Shown here: positions 62,201-64,000 of the stretch, one piece after another | Layout of the letters: every line of letters begins with the position of its first letter | How positions within the stretch are numbered: the stretch's first letter is position 1 | Assembly: GCF_001194135.2 (NCBI RefSeq) | Contig: NC_068984.1 | Location: 68,547,196-68,611,195 of the forward strand | DNA: 64,000 nt | Origin: Octopus bimaculoides | Taxonomy: Eukaryota | Direction of reading: 5' to 3' | Notes under the pieces: model-generated | Told to the model about the DNA's origin: nothing | The model's input: only the letters and a program-made list of their open reading frames with translations | Database searches by the model: none | Program-made: the position numbers and the translations under genes

Positions 62201-62435
62201 AACAAGGAATATGGTTGAACATTTATTTTCAATCACTACAATTGTTTCTACGGAACGTAGTTCTCCAGGCTTGCGGATACTTGGGAGACAATATTTACAT
62301 ATCACCTGAGGAAACAACTAGATCTCATAATGCAGGGAAACGGATGCATAATCAAGTACCTGCATGTCTGGAGAACTAAGTTATATAGAAACAATTGTAG
62401 TGATTGAAAATAAATGTCCAACTGTATTCCTTGTT
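62201..62435. repeat. Inverted repeat with 83-bp arms (62201-62283, 62353-62435)
   Basis: 72/83 complementary positions by manual alignment, with a perfect 32-bp core; 69-nt spacer. Confidence 0.93.
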
Positions 62436-62493
62436 TCTGGATGTTATCAGTACTCAATGTGAGACAACCACCAGCTAGTGACGAAAGCTCTCT

Positions 62494-62743
62494 CCACTCG
62501 CAAATACTATATTTTCTTTAAGCGAAACTCAGTCACTGATCTCGTATCGAGAAAAACAACATCTTTTAAATCTCTTAGCAAGAGAAATACAGTAAGAGTA
62601 CCGAATAGTAATGTTTATATGCCAACATAACGTGCCAGTCCTATAACGGACGATGTTACTGTTGTTCTAGCCCCAGGAAAACGTCTTTTCTAGCTGGCTA
62701 TCGGCACACAGTTTGTGTCCGTATATAGTATTTGCAAGAGTGG
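62494..62743. mobile_element. MITE-like element, 250 bp
   Basis: TIRs CCACTC(--)GCAAATACTATAT / ATATAGTATTTGCAAGAGTGG; no clear TSD. Confidence 0.7.
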
Positions 62744-62874
62744 TCATCGCTCCCATTTCTAGTCTTACGTGATACTCATAGACCTAGGTTTCTGGATGTT
62801 ATCCATCCTCGTTGTGAGACGGCCACCAGCTAGTGACGAATATATATATATATATATATATATCGTGTATGTGA

Positions 62875-62896
62875 GAGAGTGAGCGGGAGAGAGAGA

Positions 62897-62978
<82 letters not shown>

Positions 62979-62987
62979 GAGAGAGAT
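62875..62987. repeat. (GA)n microsatellite
   Basis: Seen directly. Confidence 0.97.
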
Positions 62988-63444
62988 ATGAGTGAATAGG
63001 AATCGGAACTCGTATCTTTGTGAGAATATACTGTGTTGAAAATTGCTTGTAGTACACAGTATTTGTACCTGTCTTTTGTTCATAAGTTTCCTTAGAATAC
63101 TTTGAATTGAGGATCAGCTGAACACTACAACACTGTGACAATAGGGATACATAGAGAATTTCGACCCAGCTGAGCGCTTACTCGCTGTAACAATAGGGAA
63201 ATTCAATGTTCTAATTGGGTGACAAAGATGTAATGATAAGAAACTAAAAGAAAATACATTATCAGTTCTTAATGAATATTTTAGAAAAGAACAATTTGGC
63301 TACAAAGTCTGTTACTGCTAACTTGTTTGTAGATATTCTCAATTTACCATTTAATCGTTGTATTTACCATACATATTTATATTTCCCTAATAATAAATTT
63401 TAATTAAATTATTTATAAATAGTATATTATATTAAGAATCCTTC

Positions 63445-63600
63445 CAATATAGGCACAAAGTCCGAAATCTTGGAGGAGGGGACTAGTCGATTACATCGAC
63501 TCTCGTACTCAACACCTAGTTTTATCGACCCCGAAGGGGTGCGAGGCAAATTCAATCTTAGCAGAATTTGAACTCAGAATGTGAAGACGGACAAAATACC
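63445..63600 (-). mobile_element. Family A SINE, head truncated
   Basis: GGCACAAAGTCCGAAATCTTGGAGGAGGGGACTAGTCGATTACATCGAC..TTTATCGACCCCGAAGG..GAATTTGAACTCAGAATG. Confidence 0.85.
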
Positions 63601-64000
63601 AGTCTGTATTATCTTACATCATTATCATTATTTAAGTAGTATTTGTTTGATGAATCATATGATGTGAGACTCATTACAGTTTTGTGATATTATTTAGACA
63701 GATTTCCCGCTTAAAAGCATACCAGATCATCAGCAAATTCTATTAATTGCATAGATTTTCAAGACATCAATTCATTTAGCAATTCATCAACTAGAATTGA
63801 AAAATGCGCACGCTCAGAAGGGTTATAGAATGTCATAATGAACCTTAAAAAGTATGGGACTAGCATTGTTGTTCAAAAATATTGGAATCGCTATATTCTG
63901 TACATTCTGTGGTATCTTAAGACGAAAAGAGATCCATGTGTGAATTAGAATGTCACGATAATTATTAAACCGAGTTCTTAAAACAAAAATCTGAAAATGT

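Noticed and set aside
1-64000. CRISPR array, rRNA, prokaryotic operon or viral genes
   Set aside because: No regularly spaced repeat-spacer array, rRNA-like sequence or dense intact ORFs are present.

Overview
AT-rich, repeat-dominated eukaryotic scaffold segment with 11 N-gaps and many microsatellites. The SINE/LINE families look like those of a coleoid cephalopod, most likely Octopus (my recognition, not a database result). I found no intact protein-coding gene. Most ORF-track entries are microsatellite or N-gap artefacts; the protein-like ones are decayed retroelements: two RTE LINEs (14.5-15.85 kb +; 29.8-31.9 kb -), a HERO-like restriction-like endonuclease fragment (1-290 -), and Penelope-like (PLE) RT/GIY-YIG remnants. 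The rest is three tRNA-head SINE families, RTE-type (GAT)n tails, TTAA-flanked MITEs and faint hAT/mariner/CR1-like relics. Best second-look items: (1) four minimal type I hammerhead ribozyme motifs of the PLE type, one structurally intact at 61024-61075 and two forming an inverted pair at 36.6/37.3 kb; (2) a visible step from CpG-poor to CpG-rich DNA near 35-36 kb, possibly the edge of a methylated gene body; (3) two long fold-back hairpins (57.3 and 62.3 kb) and a composite hairpin/direct-repeat/MITE structure; (4) a signal-peptide, CC-C-C small ORF near the CpG step; (5) weak candidate microexons. Repeat boundaries are approximate and were read by eye.
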